Source: Trichosphaerium sp. ATCC 40318 (taxonomy: Eukaryota > Protista > Tubulinea). From it: a DNA stretch of 64,000 nucleotides. Shown one piece after another: positions 12,123 to 26,187 of the stretch. The notes beneath the pieces are model-generated. The model had not been told where the DNA came from. It did no database searches and saw only the letters and a list, made by a program, of their open reading frames with translations. The position numbers and the translations under genes were made by a program. Every line of letters starts with the position of its first letter. The stretch's first letter is position 1. The stretch lies in NCBI GenBank assembly GCA_038496445.1, contig JALMLS010000093.1, positions 682,001 to 746,000 of the forward strand, written 5' to 3'.

Positions 12123-13946
12123 ATGGCTACGCTAACAAACGAAGAGTTAATAAGGCAACACTATGGCTACACATACTCAGATGATGAGGAAGAAATACTG
12201 CTTCCCAAAATAACGCCTGTACCAACCCTTGTAGAACTATCGCTGAATGTAGCTGTGACAAGTTTTAGCCGCGTAAACAACTCTGTACGTCGAGAGGATA
12301 ATTAATTTACCATAACAATTTTGTAAGACTCTACGAATACTACCAGCGCGACTATTACGCATTTTAATGGCAAAAATGGAAGAAAAAAACATTCTGGACG
12401 AATCAAATATTGAACGCTTTTTCTTGCCTACCATTCGCACTCTCAACCTTCGGAATATGAAATACGTCGATAAGAGCATGTTTAATAAAATTAAAGCGAG
12501 GTTAGTTAAAAAAACATTCAACTCGGCCTAGTTAGCTACGAAACATCAGTATACTGATCTTACATTACAGATGCACTAATTTACAAATATTCTGCCTGTC
12601 CGATATACATTACACTACAGAATCAGCCTTAATAGATACTATAATATCACTACCACAACTGACAATACTCGAGATTACCAACAGGTTACATTTAAGCACA
12701 TAATTTAAATTTTCTTTCAAAAAAAAGAAAAAAAATGCTGACTTTTGTTTAGCGCAATTTCGGACAATGCAATAACACAAATAGTAAAAAGTCAACATAA
12801 ACTTAAAGGTCTTAATGTTGACGGATGTCAGATAACAGGTACTAAGTTATTGGCTTTGCAATCTAAGAAAAATTGTTACTAACTTTTTTTCCTTCTTTTA
12901 AGGCACGTGCTTGGCTAATGTTGTGGCTTGTTGTAAAGAATTGGTCGCTTTGAATGTATCTAATATTAATACCTTGGACAATGAATGTCTCTTCAATTTT
13001 CTTGACAAGTGCAAGTCTTTAAAGTACTTGAACTGTACAGACTGCTTGTTTATAGGTACGCTTTTATTACTCATAGCATTATAACATCACGTTTTTCTCA
13101 CCACTTGACGTGCTTGTATTTTAATAATTAACTGTAAACAAAGATGACAATGCACTACTCAAAGTCAGGAAATATAATAATATACAAAACTCAGTACTGG
13201 ATTCCCTTGAAGATTTATGGACAACAATTACAACTGAGGCTACATAACTGCCGTATTAACGTAGTTTCATATCAACGACTTGAAATAAAACTTAAGTTCC
13301 AAATTCTCCTTGCTACGTAGCCTTTTGCAACAATAAACTTGATGTAAACCGAAAACATTAAAAAGGTGTAAGTACAAACAACAACTATTGCTTAACATGT
13401 GCGTGGCTTAAAATGTGCTCAAGTGGAATCGAAAAAAATGACGTCTACTTGTACTGAAGATGTGCTAGAACTTCAAGTAAAGTACGCCAAAGCACAAAAG
13501 AGTGAAATGAGAGCACTTTACTATGTTGAATTCCAGAGATTGAGGCTAGAATCTCAGAAGAGAAAATACGACATGCAGTACTCGCTTTACGAAGAGAAGA
13601 AACAACATACTGATGAACTAGAGGTTGCGTTGTCTCTAAACACAAGAAGCCGCTATAATTCCTTTCCTAGGAGCGTCTCATTCAGGCTCGTGAAGCTTGT
13701 AGAGAAGATGCGAATACTTTTTACAACGCCGACGAATCCAATAATGAAGATGTCTCTGATCATGAGGTACCTTGGAGTCTGCTACCCGTGCTAGTTTCGT
13801 TTAATAGTCATTCTTACTTTTCTTGTGAGCATTTAATCGGTTGGCACATCACCTCAGACGACAGGATACAAAATGATTTAAGCGAGATAATCAAGAGCGC
13901 TGAAGAAGCGCTCCATTCAATAAAAATCAAAGAACCCACGCAATAA
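12123..13946 (+). CDS. Cys-containing LRR protein with N-terminal BC-box-like motif and C-terminal coiled coil
   Basis: VPTLVELSL; LRR units IRTLNLRNMKYVD, LKGLNVDGCQITG, LVALNVSN, LKYLNCTDC; helical charged C-terminus; 3' end approximate. Confidence 0.65.
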
Positions 13947-14086
13947 ACAAATCGTTTACATGATAAAAACGTTGACTTTGTTCTTTTTTGTTTTTCACAA
14001 TGCACGTAAAACGTGCTTTACATTTTGACAATGTAATACATATCACTCTACATGTCATAAAGCTTGCTATTACCTTTTTGCAACGA

Positions 14087-16574
14087 TTACTTCATTGTTA
14101 AGCGTTTAAATTTGGCAACAACATCCTACAAACAAAGAACTGAGCAAGCTACTTTATGTGTAATCGAAAAATAATATGTCGTACAGGGAAATGGCAGTTC
14201 ATGTATTCTTCAGATTCTATTGTTGCTTCACTTTCTGGATATCCATCCCATTTTACTTTGTATACATTAACCTCAAGACTCCGTCCTTTTTCATCCTTGA
14301 CTCTAACAACACTCTTCTTAAGAATTCTTTCAGGGGTATCTATCTGAACTTCTTCTTTTTGGGTTTTCTCTGTCTTTACTTTAACGCTTGTGTGTACTTG
14401 TTGTTTCTTCCTTTGAGATGTTGAAGTAGTAGTAGGTGTGTTTCCAGGAGACATATTGATGGTTGAATTAATACTACCAGATATACTTGCAGCTAAAACA
14501 ACATTCAGAGAAAAACTGATCACTCACACTACTGTTCTCCCATGTAGTACCTTGAATCATATTGTTGTCAACGTTTACTGGATCCAGTGGAATGTGGTAC
14601 ATATAAGCATTTGTTAATATTGTGCATATAGCGAGCCTATTACTTCGATAAACCAAAAGTTAAAAATGTTGATTGATAGATATCACATACCTTTTCTTTA
14701 ATAATGTATTGTCACCTGATCCACGTGCTAATTTTTTAGTCCTCCTTTCTAATACAATATACTCTTTATCATTATCCGATTCAGCCTTACTCAGGGTAAG
14801 ATTTTCCTTTGGCGACAACACAACATGTAAAAATCTTGCAACTGCATGAATCCTAGAAAAAGAGTAAGTTTTTTAAAGGTGAATTTAAACGTTCTTGAAG
14901 TTATTAGTAAAGTCACCAAAATACCAATAATTTATAGCTAGAAGACAAGGATCCAGAGCTTTTTTAAAGATAAGCAAGAGAATTGTATGAGTTTTATGCA
15001 TAAAGCACTGTACCATATTTTGTTAAACATGTCTCCTTGTCTGCTATGATTATTGAAAAAAAAACTCTATCTGGTGGTAAAGCTACTTGCTGTTATCACG
15101 TGATTTTTATATTCAAGAATATTCTCTTTTACCCTCTTTACTATTCTCAAACCATGTTTTAAGATCTGTAGGAGTTAACACAAGTACATCTACAACAAAA
15201 CAAGTAAGTATCAACAAGTTACTATTTACAACCTGTTTTCATTACATCGTCAATTGCCATATACTCCAATCCTCCTTTTATTGAAACTCCAGTTTGTTTA
15301 AGGTATGTGTACCATAATTCAGTCGTCTGTGTGATTACTAGAATCAATCAGTTAGCAAGAAAAAAATCAGAAAACGTACTCAAAGCTGTATTTGTAACCA
15401 GACGATTACAGCCACACATATCAACAAACTCGTTAACCAATGGAATATCTTGCTCCTTAATAAATTTTGACAGTGCCTCAGCTTTTATCTTCATGTCTGG
15501 GCATGACACAATACCTCCCTTGGTGAACACTAGCAAGACTGTAACAACTCTATTTTTATTCCAACTCACCAAGGCGTGACTCTTTCTTTGTCTTTAGCTC
15601 ATTGTCCTCAGTTATGCCTACAAATACAACTCATAAGGACAAAAATGCAGTGATTAATAGAACATACAAAGACCAGTGTCTGGGATACATTGATAGAAAC
15701 ATGCATCACTCTTATCTTAACAAAAACAGTGTTAAATACATTAGATACAAAAGTTTGAACATACATGTTTTGTTACGCACATCTTTCATCCAATTACAAA
15801 GTGAGCGTGAGTCAGTCAATAAACTTGACTCCCATGGTATTTTTGTAGATTTGGGGGTTACTGTTGTACAATGAACAAGGTAAGACAATAGACTAACTAT
15901 AAACGATTCATTAGGATGAGGATTACGTGGCCAAACAGAACACACTTCTTCAAGTCTAATAACAATGTAAAAAACACAGATTACAATTGTAATTTAAACA
16001 CCTTTTGAAATCGATATTAACACTTATCTCAGTAGTTCCAAAAGGTGTAAATACCCAGCCATCATTACTAGCAAGATTACGGCCACCTTAACAAACATAA
16101 GAATATGACTTCAAGGTATGCCAGGGTTTATGATTTTGTCGAAAAGGTATGCTCAGAGAAACAATTTTGATTTTAATGTCGTGCACAGAAGAAAAAAGTG
16201 TACTAAAAAATTGTGTACTTGGATGAGATAAACCGTTATCACAAGTGTACGGGACCTGAACAACTACGAATGGGGTCTCGGCGTCATCAAGTTGTTTAAT
16301 ATGGATCTATACAATGTTTATAAAGAGTTGTAACCGTTGAAAAGGGTACCTTGAGTACACTATTGTCCAGAAATGAAATTGATGATATTTCCTGTTTAAC
16401 AGACAATAGTTTGCGGTTTTTTCCTTTTTTCGGTTTAATCTGTAGTGTGAACACCGGTTTAATACTATTTGATGATTTCTTCAACCGCTTGCGAGGAGAC
16501 ACAGACTTTACCAACATGACCTCTTTTATTATTACTTCATTTAACGCCAACGCACTTAAGTGCTCATTCTTCAA
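14087..16574 (-). CDS. Large multi-exon protein with C-terminal chromodomain (5' end uncertain)
   Basis: TPERILKK...YKVKWDGYPESEATIESEEYM is a chromodomain; upstream exons unassigned. Confidence 0.6.
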
Positions 16575-16813
16575 CTAAAAACACGTGTTTTATAGTTTTT
16601 TCACCTGTGCAATTCCTCAGGCTGTTGCGCTACCCTATAGAAGTTGAGCGGCAATACGCAATCCTTATACTTAGCTACAGCTGAAACAGAAGAACTATCT
16701 TTAAACGTCACATGTTTTTTGTGAAACAAAACTGTACAACATACTTTTCGTGAACCCCGACCTTCTAGTCTTATTTACACAAGTAGTACATGTTTTTAAG
16801 GTGTAAGACTTGT

Positions 16814-17761
16814 TTATTGGCGTCTTTTGTACATTGTAAGATTTATAACATTGCTCGTAACCAATGAGGCATCACCACAATTTTTTTTTGCGTATATTTT
16901 GACTTTTGCAAATACTTGAAGAGGAAACACATCTGGTGTTTCATCACAGGCAGCCATCACTTCAGAAGTTTTACCTTGAAGAGATAATGTACCAGAAGAC
17001 AGATGAGATGTTCTAGATGATAATCCTGTCTTTTTGTTATCAAAAAGTAATGATATCTCACTTGTTTGTACATCTCCTGGATTCAATGTAATGTCGGTGC
17101 TAACATCGTTCTTTCCTTCTGCTTTAAAAAATTGAGAATAACTGTGGTTAGTCTTGAAATTGCTGAGAAACCCTCCATGCTCCTTCATTATAGGTTTCCA
17201 AATATAAATAACATGACCACCTTCAATTAGGTGATGTCCATCAACCTTTAATCCATAGCCAAGGTAAGCTATCTTTTTTGTTTTACCAATATTCTCAAGT
17301 TTAAGTTTGAATGTTATACTCTGTCCTTTGTGTACATGTTTCTTGTCACAACTCAACTCTGCAATGATGTTCGGACGAAGCTTATGTCGATACTTCTCTT
17401 TCCATGTGACTGCTGCATCAACATTTTAGCATTTGAGGACATGATTGTAACGAGATGTAGAGGACGTACGATATTTAAAATCTTTCACGATTTGTTGCTG
17501 GATACGAGCCTGTTTTACAATATATCGGTGGACAGCAAACTCTATTTCTTCAGCGTCAGGTCCCCACTTCCGATGGTACAAATGGCGATAAATGTAATCT
17601 GAGTCACTTCGTATCATTTCGCATAGATATTGATTCGATTGTTGTAAAGAAGCTAAATCTTGCCATGAAAGGTCGTTTCTTACAATAATATTCTGTAGTA
17701 TCTCAACAGGAAGCAAAAACAAGTCTGCGACATCTGTAGATGAGATGTCTGTATTTGCCAT
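16814..17761 (-). CDS. F-box protein (two exons)
   Basis: LFLLPVEILQNII...DLASLQQSNQYL (F-box); a GTACGT...CAG intron removes the in-frame TAA and joins the two ORFs (KY|PVTWKEKY). Confidence 0.75.
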
Positions 17762-18090
17762 ATCGCCTTGTCGTTTAATACAATGTGTGGTTTATTGCTT
17801 TCTCTTCACTGAAGGACTACTTTAAAAAAAATACTTATTTTCCAAGAAAGAAATATAGCTAAGACATTTGCTCAGAGCTGGTCCAGCATTTGAAGTTAAA
17901 GTAATATTACTGCACTTACTAATAGAGAATGCACTAAGTCGGTTTACTTATCAGGTAGGTAAGAATACTGGTTTTTATTTTGTTTTGTTACTACTATACA
18001 TTTTGTGGCCCAACAAAAAAAAGCAAACATCACGTGATGTGTAGGTGAGTGGGAAGGAGGGAGGGCGTGGGGACCACTGTTAATAAATTA

Positions 18091-20955
18091 TCAATCTGAT
18101 CTCTTCTCCAGTTGTAGTGATGTTGCATATAACTTGTCTTCATTGTATACATCCAAGTTAAGTAGTCTTGAAACAAGTAATGGTACAACAACTAAGCCAT
18201 AAGCATAAGGCTGCCATTTTATCATTTCAAGAATAACCTTTGCATGTTGCCTACATTTTCCAAAGTTGATTAACGCTTGTCCTTTCTTATCAACATGATC
18301 GGGATGTGCATCATCAACAAATGTAAGATCTGTAAAGTACATCCCAAGATAAGGAACACAAGGAGGATCAGCACAACTGAGAAAATCACGAATCTTTCGA
18401 AGGTTTTTACTATTGTCAACTAGACGTAAAAAGTAAGTGATTGTTGAAGTAGTAACCAACAAAAAGGCTAAAAAAATAACTGTCAGTACGCACCAAAATC
18501 CCGTAAATGAGATATTATTTCCTTATGCTTGGTAGATAAACCCTAAATTGATTAAATCAACTTTTTTTTTTCAACAAATTCAAAATCTGTTTTCGACAAG
18601 AAATCTATTTGTCATGTCACTTACCCTCCATGTTTGACGTAATCTTGTTACAGATATCTGACTTAACCCTGCTATTACTTCCATAACACCATTAAGGTTT
18701 CTAAGGCTCACAAAGGCCTCACCAATTTCAATAAAATATTGCAAAACTTTGGTACGTTTTTTAATTGTTTTACGTTTTAAGATCTCAGTAGAGATCCATT
18801 TAGAAACATCGTTGAACCTATTTCTTACAAATTTAGTAAAGATCGTAGGTTTGAAAGATTCAAAAAAAAATGACAATCTCGAGAATTTGTCACGTGTAAA
18901 ATCACGTGCCGTATGATTAACATAAATATATTAGGTGCTTCTGTTTCTTTGTCTTCTTTTCTCCAACGTTGTCTAACGCATTCATAAGGCTGGACTTTAG
19001 CGTACATTCTAGTACGAAATAACATTAGACAACACCAACAAAAATAACAATTCATCAAAAACCCAACACTTGAGCTGTATACACAAGCAGGGAGAGTGTA
19101 TAGTTTAGGACAGATAAAATATTACTTTATGAGCTTACCTATGTTCTATGAGAGTAAGTTGGCGAGCAACTTCTAATGGTGGAAAATCCACGAAAGGTGT
19201 ATTCGGTGTTACTTTTTTAGGTAAAAGAGCTCTTGGTGCTGTACTCATTGCTACTTCTCTCATTACTTTTACTGTATCATCAGCTTCTCCACTACGCTAT
19301 AAAACCAATCACTAAATCACTACATAATAAATAACTACCGTACCATCTTTTCAAATAAAGGTTCAAGTCTTGACTTGTACGATGGGGGCATGCTCTGTAT
19401 AAATAACAATAATTCTTGTATATAGATATCCTTGTGGATAAAATCATTCCAATACTTTTGCATCCAATAAATCAAAATTGTAGCTGTTCTAGACAATAAT
19501 TAGAAGTAAATACAGGCGCATATAACCATTGCAGACAATAGTCGAAGAAGAAAAAAAACCACAAAGAATAAAAAAATACGAAAAAAAGAAGAAAAAAAAA
19601 GTTCCAACCCTTTCTTATTTCGGAGTAATGTGACAACATACCTATTTTGGGCAAACGTAACAGTAATAGCTGATTCATCTTCATCATTTGCTTCGAATTT
19701 TCGCCTTAAAATACGCACAATTTCCTGTGGTGTAGTAAAGGTACGAAAACTGAGCATAAACTGCTCCAAGTATGTATTATCCTCCCTGTATAGATTATTC
19801 ACAAGGAATTCTAGGGTTCCAGCCAATAAAAGCTTTCCTCCTTCGCTAGAAACGCCCCAAATAGCATCTGAGTCAACTTCATTTTGTTGTTCGACCAAAA
19901 AATCAATAGGACGCTGAAGCTCAGTGCTACTACTTCGAATTAGATATTTAAAGGCTTTTCTATAATGTACCGATTGACTCTTGCTCTAGGAGAACGTTGT
20001 GGAGATGGTGGAGTATCTGCAGAGGAATCTGTATGCTCAAGGCTAGAACGCTTCTCTTCTTCTGTTGCTTCCTTAAAACACGTGTCAGAATAAGTTTGAC
20101 AGTGGTTTTGTTTAGGTACCAATTTTAAGTTTAATTCCATCAAATCCTATAGCTTATATCAAACAGAGTATAGCAAAAATGGTTCGTACTGTTTCTATAG
20201 TAATTGTGGCACGCTTTCTATGCGCATTTATCAAGGATTTGTTCTGATTTTTTAAATTCGGTACAAGAGGTTTAAATCCAAAGAAATTATGACCCTGTGG
20301 CGTACTGGCATAATCCTACGACAACTGTGGGTCATAGTTGAAATTACACGTGTAATTCCACACGTACTTTTGTAGGCCTGCTCCAAAGCATCTGAGGAGA
20401 TTGTGTAGGTACCTCTGCTAGGTTATCACCTGATTTAGAACGTGGTATTGGTGGTTCACTGCCAGCTGTCTCTTTTTTCTTGTGCAATTGTAGTTTTAAC
20501 TTCTGCTGTGCTAACCATGCTTTACTAGCCGATTTTGTTCGCTCTGGGATAGTAGGCTTGGAACGGGGCGATTTCGGCGTATCAATCGATTTCGATTTTT
20601 CTTTAGTAGGAAAACCGTCTGACCATGACCCATGGCGTACTTTAGGCGAAGATTGTCCTTTCTGAGCTTGTTTTGGTAAAAAGCAAAAGCATGTAATTGT
20701 GTACCTCTAGATTTTTTTGATATTTCGCCAGGAGTTGTTGCAATTCAGCTACTTTTGCTTTTTCAGCTTTTAACTCTTTTTGAAGTGCCTTTTGTTTTGT
20801 GCCCACTTTTTTGCCGCTTTGTGAAACGCTGCTACCTTCACTTGCGCCTTCGCGGCGTCAGTGCGACATCGCTTGTTTTCAGACAATAAATGTAGACAGT
20901 TGTAGCATGTACTAGTCGGGTCATTCGAGTTCGAATGCTTGCCATGACTAGACAT
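18091..20955 (-). CDS. Ras guanine-nucleotide exchange factor (REM + CDC25 domains)
   Basis: AGTLEFLV, FMLSFRTFTTP (REM); FPPLEVARQLTLIE, RFNDVSKW, LRNLNGVMEVIAGL, PPCVPYLGMYFTDLTF, LINFGK. Confidence 0.93.
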
Positions 20956-21102
20956 GGTGTTGTTCCTATGTCATACAGTAAACCAAACTCCTTTTGGTCA
21001 ATTTAATGATTGCACACCATTTTTGCGCCCGAAGATTTTCTATTGCAGTCAACGCCGACTTAGTTTTTCATTCCGAAGGTCCAACACAAAAATAAGTTTA
21101 CA

Positions 21103-22525
21103 ATGTCCAAACGCAAACGTTCATCATCGGAAGAAGCCCCACGCGCAACAAAAAAAGCGAAAATCGACAACAAAACCTGTCCTATTGCACTTCACAAATT
21201 GGAGTAAGAGAGTTTTTCTTATTTAACTCAACACCATTTCCTCATTCGACGTAGCCTCAAGGATGATGTGGTGACACTTATCAATAAAACCACCAAAGAG
21301 GTCTCACTAAGCGGTTGGTCCCTAAAATCGCAAAGTGGTGGCCAAGAATACAGCTTCCCTGATGACGCAACGCTAAAACCTGGCTGTACAGTGCGTTTTT
21401 TTTTTGTATTTTTGAACTTCAAGTGCGTTTACTTACTTTAATATGCAGTTATCTGTATGGTCTGGTGCTAAAAACTCAAATAAAGCCAAGGGAGGCAAAT
21501 CATCTCTGTTTTGGACAAAGGTAAGGAACATTATTTTTTTATCGACTACTTGAAACTAACCGTTAAAAAACGTAGTCTTATGTATGGAAAGATTCAGGTG
21601 ATGCTTGCGTACTTTACAACGCTGAAGGAGAACCTGTCGACGAAGTCGAGGTATTTAACGCTAAAATATGCTAAATCGTACTTTTAAACCTACTACGGTG
21701 TAATCTGAGCAGTTTCCTAAAACCTCTTTCTTTTTTTTCAAGCTGATAGCCCGAATAGGTTACAAAAGAGCGTGAGCCACCTTCAATTGCTATACAGAAA
21801 CTAGACGCAGACAGCCAGTGCATTTCGATAATTAATAGAGGAGGAGAAGACGTAGATATCGGAGGATACTTCTTGCGCACAATGAGGTACGTTTTTTTCG
21901 CTTTTTTAGACTCAAAACAACAAAAAGGCAATCTAACGCTCTTTTTAGGTTACATACTTTTACATTCCCTAAAAAAACAGTATTGAAGGCAGGCGACGTA
22001 ACTACAGGTAAACCCAAACTTCAAAAAAACTTTTCAAAAAAAACGCTAAAAGAGCCGTAAACTCTCGTTTCTCATTCTGTTGCACAACCAACGCTATTTT
22101 TCTCCTATTTCGATGTAAATTAACTTGTATTAATAGTATGGAGTGGTACAAAGCATAAGACTAAAAACGTACCACCATCAAGTTTCTGCTGGTACGTCTT
22201 TGATGCGGGAAACGAATTCGAAAAAAAAAGAGCGTCATGTCATTTTTCGAGGCTAATCTTTTGCATTTAGGAAATCCCATGATGGCTGGACTGATACTGA
22301 TGTCGCTGTACTATACGACAACCACTGTGTATTGGTAAGCTTTTCAAAAAATCAAAGATTATTCCTCCCTTTTTTTTGCTCCTGTTTCAGCGTTGTACTG
22401 ACTACCTCTTCTTGTAGGTACACAAGGTTACTGAGATGATTCACCTCGGAGAATTGACTGAACGTAATGTTCGCCCAAAATACACTAGCGAACCTGGAGA
22501 GTACCCAGAATGCATAATTCTTTAA
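21103..22525 (+). CDS. Protein with bipartite NLS, two lamin-tail domains (LTD) and C-terminal CaaX
   Basis: MSKRKR..KKAK; LTD1 VSLSGWSLKS..YSFPDDATLKPG..VWSG..VWKDSGD; LTD2 VDIGGYFL..FTFPKKTVLKAG..VWSG; ends ECIIL*. Confidence 0.8.
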
Positions 22526-22742
22526 AGAGATATTTCTATTATTTTACACAAATGTACACGTCGCGCTTGGGCGGTTTTTTTTTTTCTGTCTTTTCAACGC
22601 CGTGATAATAAAGTGATGTTATGACTACTTTTTTTCGTGTTGTTGTGGATTTTTTTTTGTTTTGGGCTTGGAGTGGTGAAATCTTTGGAAAATTTTTTTT
22701 GTGGGGTGATGGGATTTTTAAAGTGATCTCTTTCTAAGGATT

Positions 22743-24818
22743 TTAACTAAAACCCCATACCTCCAAGTGCATGCACGTAAAAAGATCAGATGAAGAAAGG
22801 CAAGCATTATTGAATGCTGTACATTTTCCACTACTGCCGTTGTTGAAGTCAGAATCTACCCATATTCCAAATTTACCACTAAATAGAATACAATGTCAAA
22901 TCAACAATTTTTTTTCTTCTCAAAAATACAAAAGCAAGACGTACCCGCCACCACCTAGGGCAATAGAATCTTCCTGAGCATACATGAAGAACTCATTTTT
23001 ACCTGTCCAAGGGTATGCTACAAGTGTAGGATACAAAGAAAACAAGAAGCCCTCTCCAGTGCCAAAAAATCCTAACAATTTGATGTAAGCCACAATGACT
23101 AGTATATGAACCGAAAATAAAATTACATACCTTTTGTAGGTTTCCAAGCCTCAGTTGCAAGCCCACCAAAAACCTTCATGGTGTGTTAGACAATGGGTGC
23201 AGCAAGATGGTTTTTTTTTTCAAACGTTCAAAAAAACGTACATAATTCATTGTATCTTCGACAACAATCAATGTTGGGCTCTTATCCTTTAGTTTATTAT
23301 AAAATGTGTTGATAGATATACCATGCTTCGCTGTAGAGTAAAGTAGGTTCCAAGTCTTAGCACGTAATCGTAATGGCAAGTGAGCGTTTAACTAACCATT
23401 ATAACGTCAGTTTCTCCTCATCAAACTTAGTGTAAAGAATAAGAGTACCTTATCAAAATCTGTGCCATTTAGAATTACAGACTGACCTTTTATTGTTGGC
23501 GAATAACTTATATTATCAACACTGCTTTGAGAAGAGGTTCTAAGAGGCTAAAACAAGTTTTTAGCGACACGACCAAAAAAAGAAAAAGGTTGCTGTACAC
23601 GTTGTTCTTCTTCTTTTGGTGCGTTAGGGATGTGTCCACGTAGTCTGTTTGCTAGTTCAGTTGCACTTTATAGGAGAACTCATTAGCTTTAAGAACGTAA
23701 AAGTAAACGGTTGTCAATGAAATACAAACTTGCGTAAGACGTTTTGACTTGTTGTTTGAAAGCAGTTTATGTACATACCTCGCATTGCTTACAGTAAAAT
23801 GGAATAGGCTTCCAGACGCAGGATCTTTCTTCTTTTGAACAGTTAGTTGTAGTGTACATATATTGGAGTCCTCTTGAACCAAAACCTAAGACATCATTAG
23901 CTTGTAATGCGAAGAAACATTTTTTAAGGCACCTCAACATCAGAAATAGACTTGACATCACAGGCAAATTGACAAGCTAGAAGTCCTTTCTGAAGAGCTA
24001 TAGGATTGTCTATTGCAGGCTCAAATATAACAAATTCAGGCGTAACAGTCAACACGCCCAGAATCTTGGCCAAACGTCAATCACCAGAAATTTTTCAAAC
24101 AAAGCTGTTTTTTTTTTTTCATCCTTCTTACCTTGTCTGTTTCTTTAATATATCGCACGTGCTCTTTATAAACCTGTGTATTTTTCGATGTATCGTTTCC
24201 TTGCTCAGTTGATGTCTTCTCGGTGTATGGGAAATACACGCGGTCTCGCACCTGTCGTAGACGTACCTGAGAACTGTTAGAAAGTTTGAGATGACGTTTT
24301 TTTTCAATTTTTTTTTCTTTACCAGCAATGGAATTTCGTCGGTTGTTGGTGACAATGAGGCCTTTAGAGTTTTTGGCTATTCTTTTTAGTGTATAATTAA
24401 GCGTTTAGGACGTACAATTGACCAAGTACGCTTCGTGCTAGATTGCCTTGAGAGAGTTTTTGTTTTAGGCGCATTATATACCTGTAGAACCTAATTTATA
24501 ACGTTCAGAATGGCGTAGGCTGCGTAATTCTTTTTTTTTGAAGAGAAGTAACGTACTTGTTCTGGCGTGATGTCGTGCTCGTTGAATATCTTATTTATTC
24601 GCTTCAACGCAGTTTTTGGGGTGTTTGTTTTGACGGAAATGGACGTAACGGTGTCACCTATACAAAAACCATTGGTGATGCGCTGGAAATGACTGCTATA
24701 CCTTTAACAACGGTATAATCAACTGTAGGTCTCGTTTCTATTTGGCAATTACATTACAACCTATTTAATTGGCGTATTTCGTACCCTTTTTGGCCTTTTT
24801 TTCTTGGGGTTGCTCCAT
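22743..24818 (-). CDS. OXR1/NCOA7-like LysM + GRAM-like + TLDc protein
   Basis: YTVVKGDTVTSIS (LysM), GVLTVTPEFVIFEP, WNLLYSTAKHGISINTFY, FFGTGEGFLF, SIALGGG, EVWGFS*. Confidence 0.88.
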
Positions 24819-25025
24819 TTGTTACTATTGGCCGAAGTAACTTTGGAATTCAATGTATTGCTTGAAAGTGTCAAACTCAAATACAAGCGCGCGTGATGTG
24901 CTTAAGTGTAGAAGTAATCACAGTAGAATTGCTTGGAAATTGAAAAGGAAAAAGTCTGTGTTTTGTTCCGTGACATTTGTGCCAGAAATGTCTTGGAAAA
25001 AAAAAACGCCCTAAAATTGTAGAGT

Positions 25026-25639
25026 ATGGAAGTAGAACGCACAATGTCGGGTACAGTCTCTCAAATCAATTATAAAGCTAATTACGCATAAGAGTGGTCA
25101 AATAGTGAGAAATCAAAGGCTTTGCTTAGTTTTTGTCCTCTATGCAATTCTATATTACAACTACCTAATGCCAGCGCGGATTACAAGAGTAAATAGTGTT
25201 TATGTTACAATCTTTCTCAAATTTATTAGTGGCTTGCTCAGTATGCTCTTACACCGTAGACTTAAATGATCTACCATCAGAACAAGGTTTTAGATACGAA
25301 TTACGCATGGACGTACCAGAAGAGGATAAATCCGCTAAATTAAAGACAACCAACATCGCTGCGAAGGTATAAGCAGTTCTACAATTTTTTTTGACACTTT
25401 TCCCATTTTTTGTAAATCAACCTCTAACCGTTTCCTCAAAGATCACGGATGGTACAGTCGATTGCGTCAAATGTGGACATTTAGAATTATTTTTCAAAAC
25501 GAAGCAATTGAGATCTGCTGATGAAGGTCAAACAGTGTTCTATGAATGTTGTCGTTGCGCGTACGCTATCCTGTCTTTTCTTTTTTTGTTGAATTCAATT
25601 TTGACGTTCTTCAGGTACACATGGTCTGTGAACACATAA
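25026..25639 (+). CDS. RPA12: RNA polymerase I subunit RPA12
   Basis: FCPLCNSIL..CSVC N-terminal ribbon; CVKCGH...QLRSADEGQTVFYECCRC TFIIS-like ribbon. Confidence 0.9.
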
Positions 25640-25779
25640 ACTATGCGCATCACCAAACAAAAAACCTTTTTCTCGACTGTGTAGCAAATGTATATAGTAA
25701 AACCAAGTTGTTCACCTACACTCCTACTGTCAATTAGCATCTTAAGGCGCCATCAACTTCTCCATACTGGGTCATGTAA

Positions 25780-25959
25780 CGTGTATTAGCATTAAAAGGT
25801 GTACATACAATTAATCTTGCCAACACTTCAGTTACAGATGAAGGTGTAAAAGTGTTAAAAGGTCTACGTACAATTTACTTCATACCATCCAACACTTTAT
25901 TCGCAGACGACGGTATTAAAGCACTACAAGGTGTGAAAGTAATTCATGTGACAAATTAA
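25780..25959 (+). pseudogene. Truncated relic of the 'ALxGVHTINL' LRR family
   Basis: VLALKGVHTINLANTSVTDEGVKVLKGLRTIYF...DDGIKALQGVKVIHV*, preceded by an in-frame stop; same repeat as 37934-38680. Confidence 0.65.
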
Positions 25960-26187
25960 CTTCACAACGGCTTATTGTATCAACAATCACTATTGCCAAG
26001 GAAATGGCTGAACAACATTATTAACGTTGTGGTGCAGTATTCATTTGGTGTATGTGTTATTACAACAAAAATATTGTTTACTTACTACAAATAAACGTGT
26101 TGACAAACTTGACTGCAACTGACACGTGGGTTTTTTTCAATGGCGTAATTTACAATGTACATTTTGTTTTTTGAAGGGTGGGTTTTT

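Noticed and set aside
17415-17470. In-frame TAA between two F-box gene ORFs, suggesting stop-codon reassignment
   Set aside because: It lies inside a canonical GTACGT...CAG intron; the genes I spliced by hand read in the standard code
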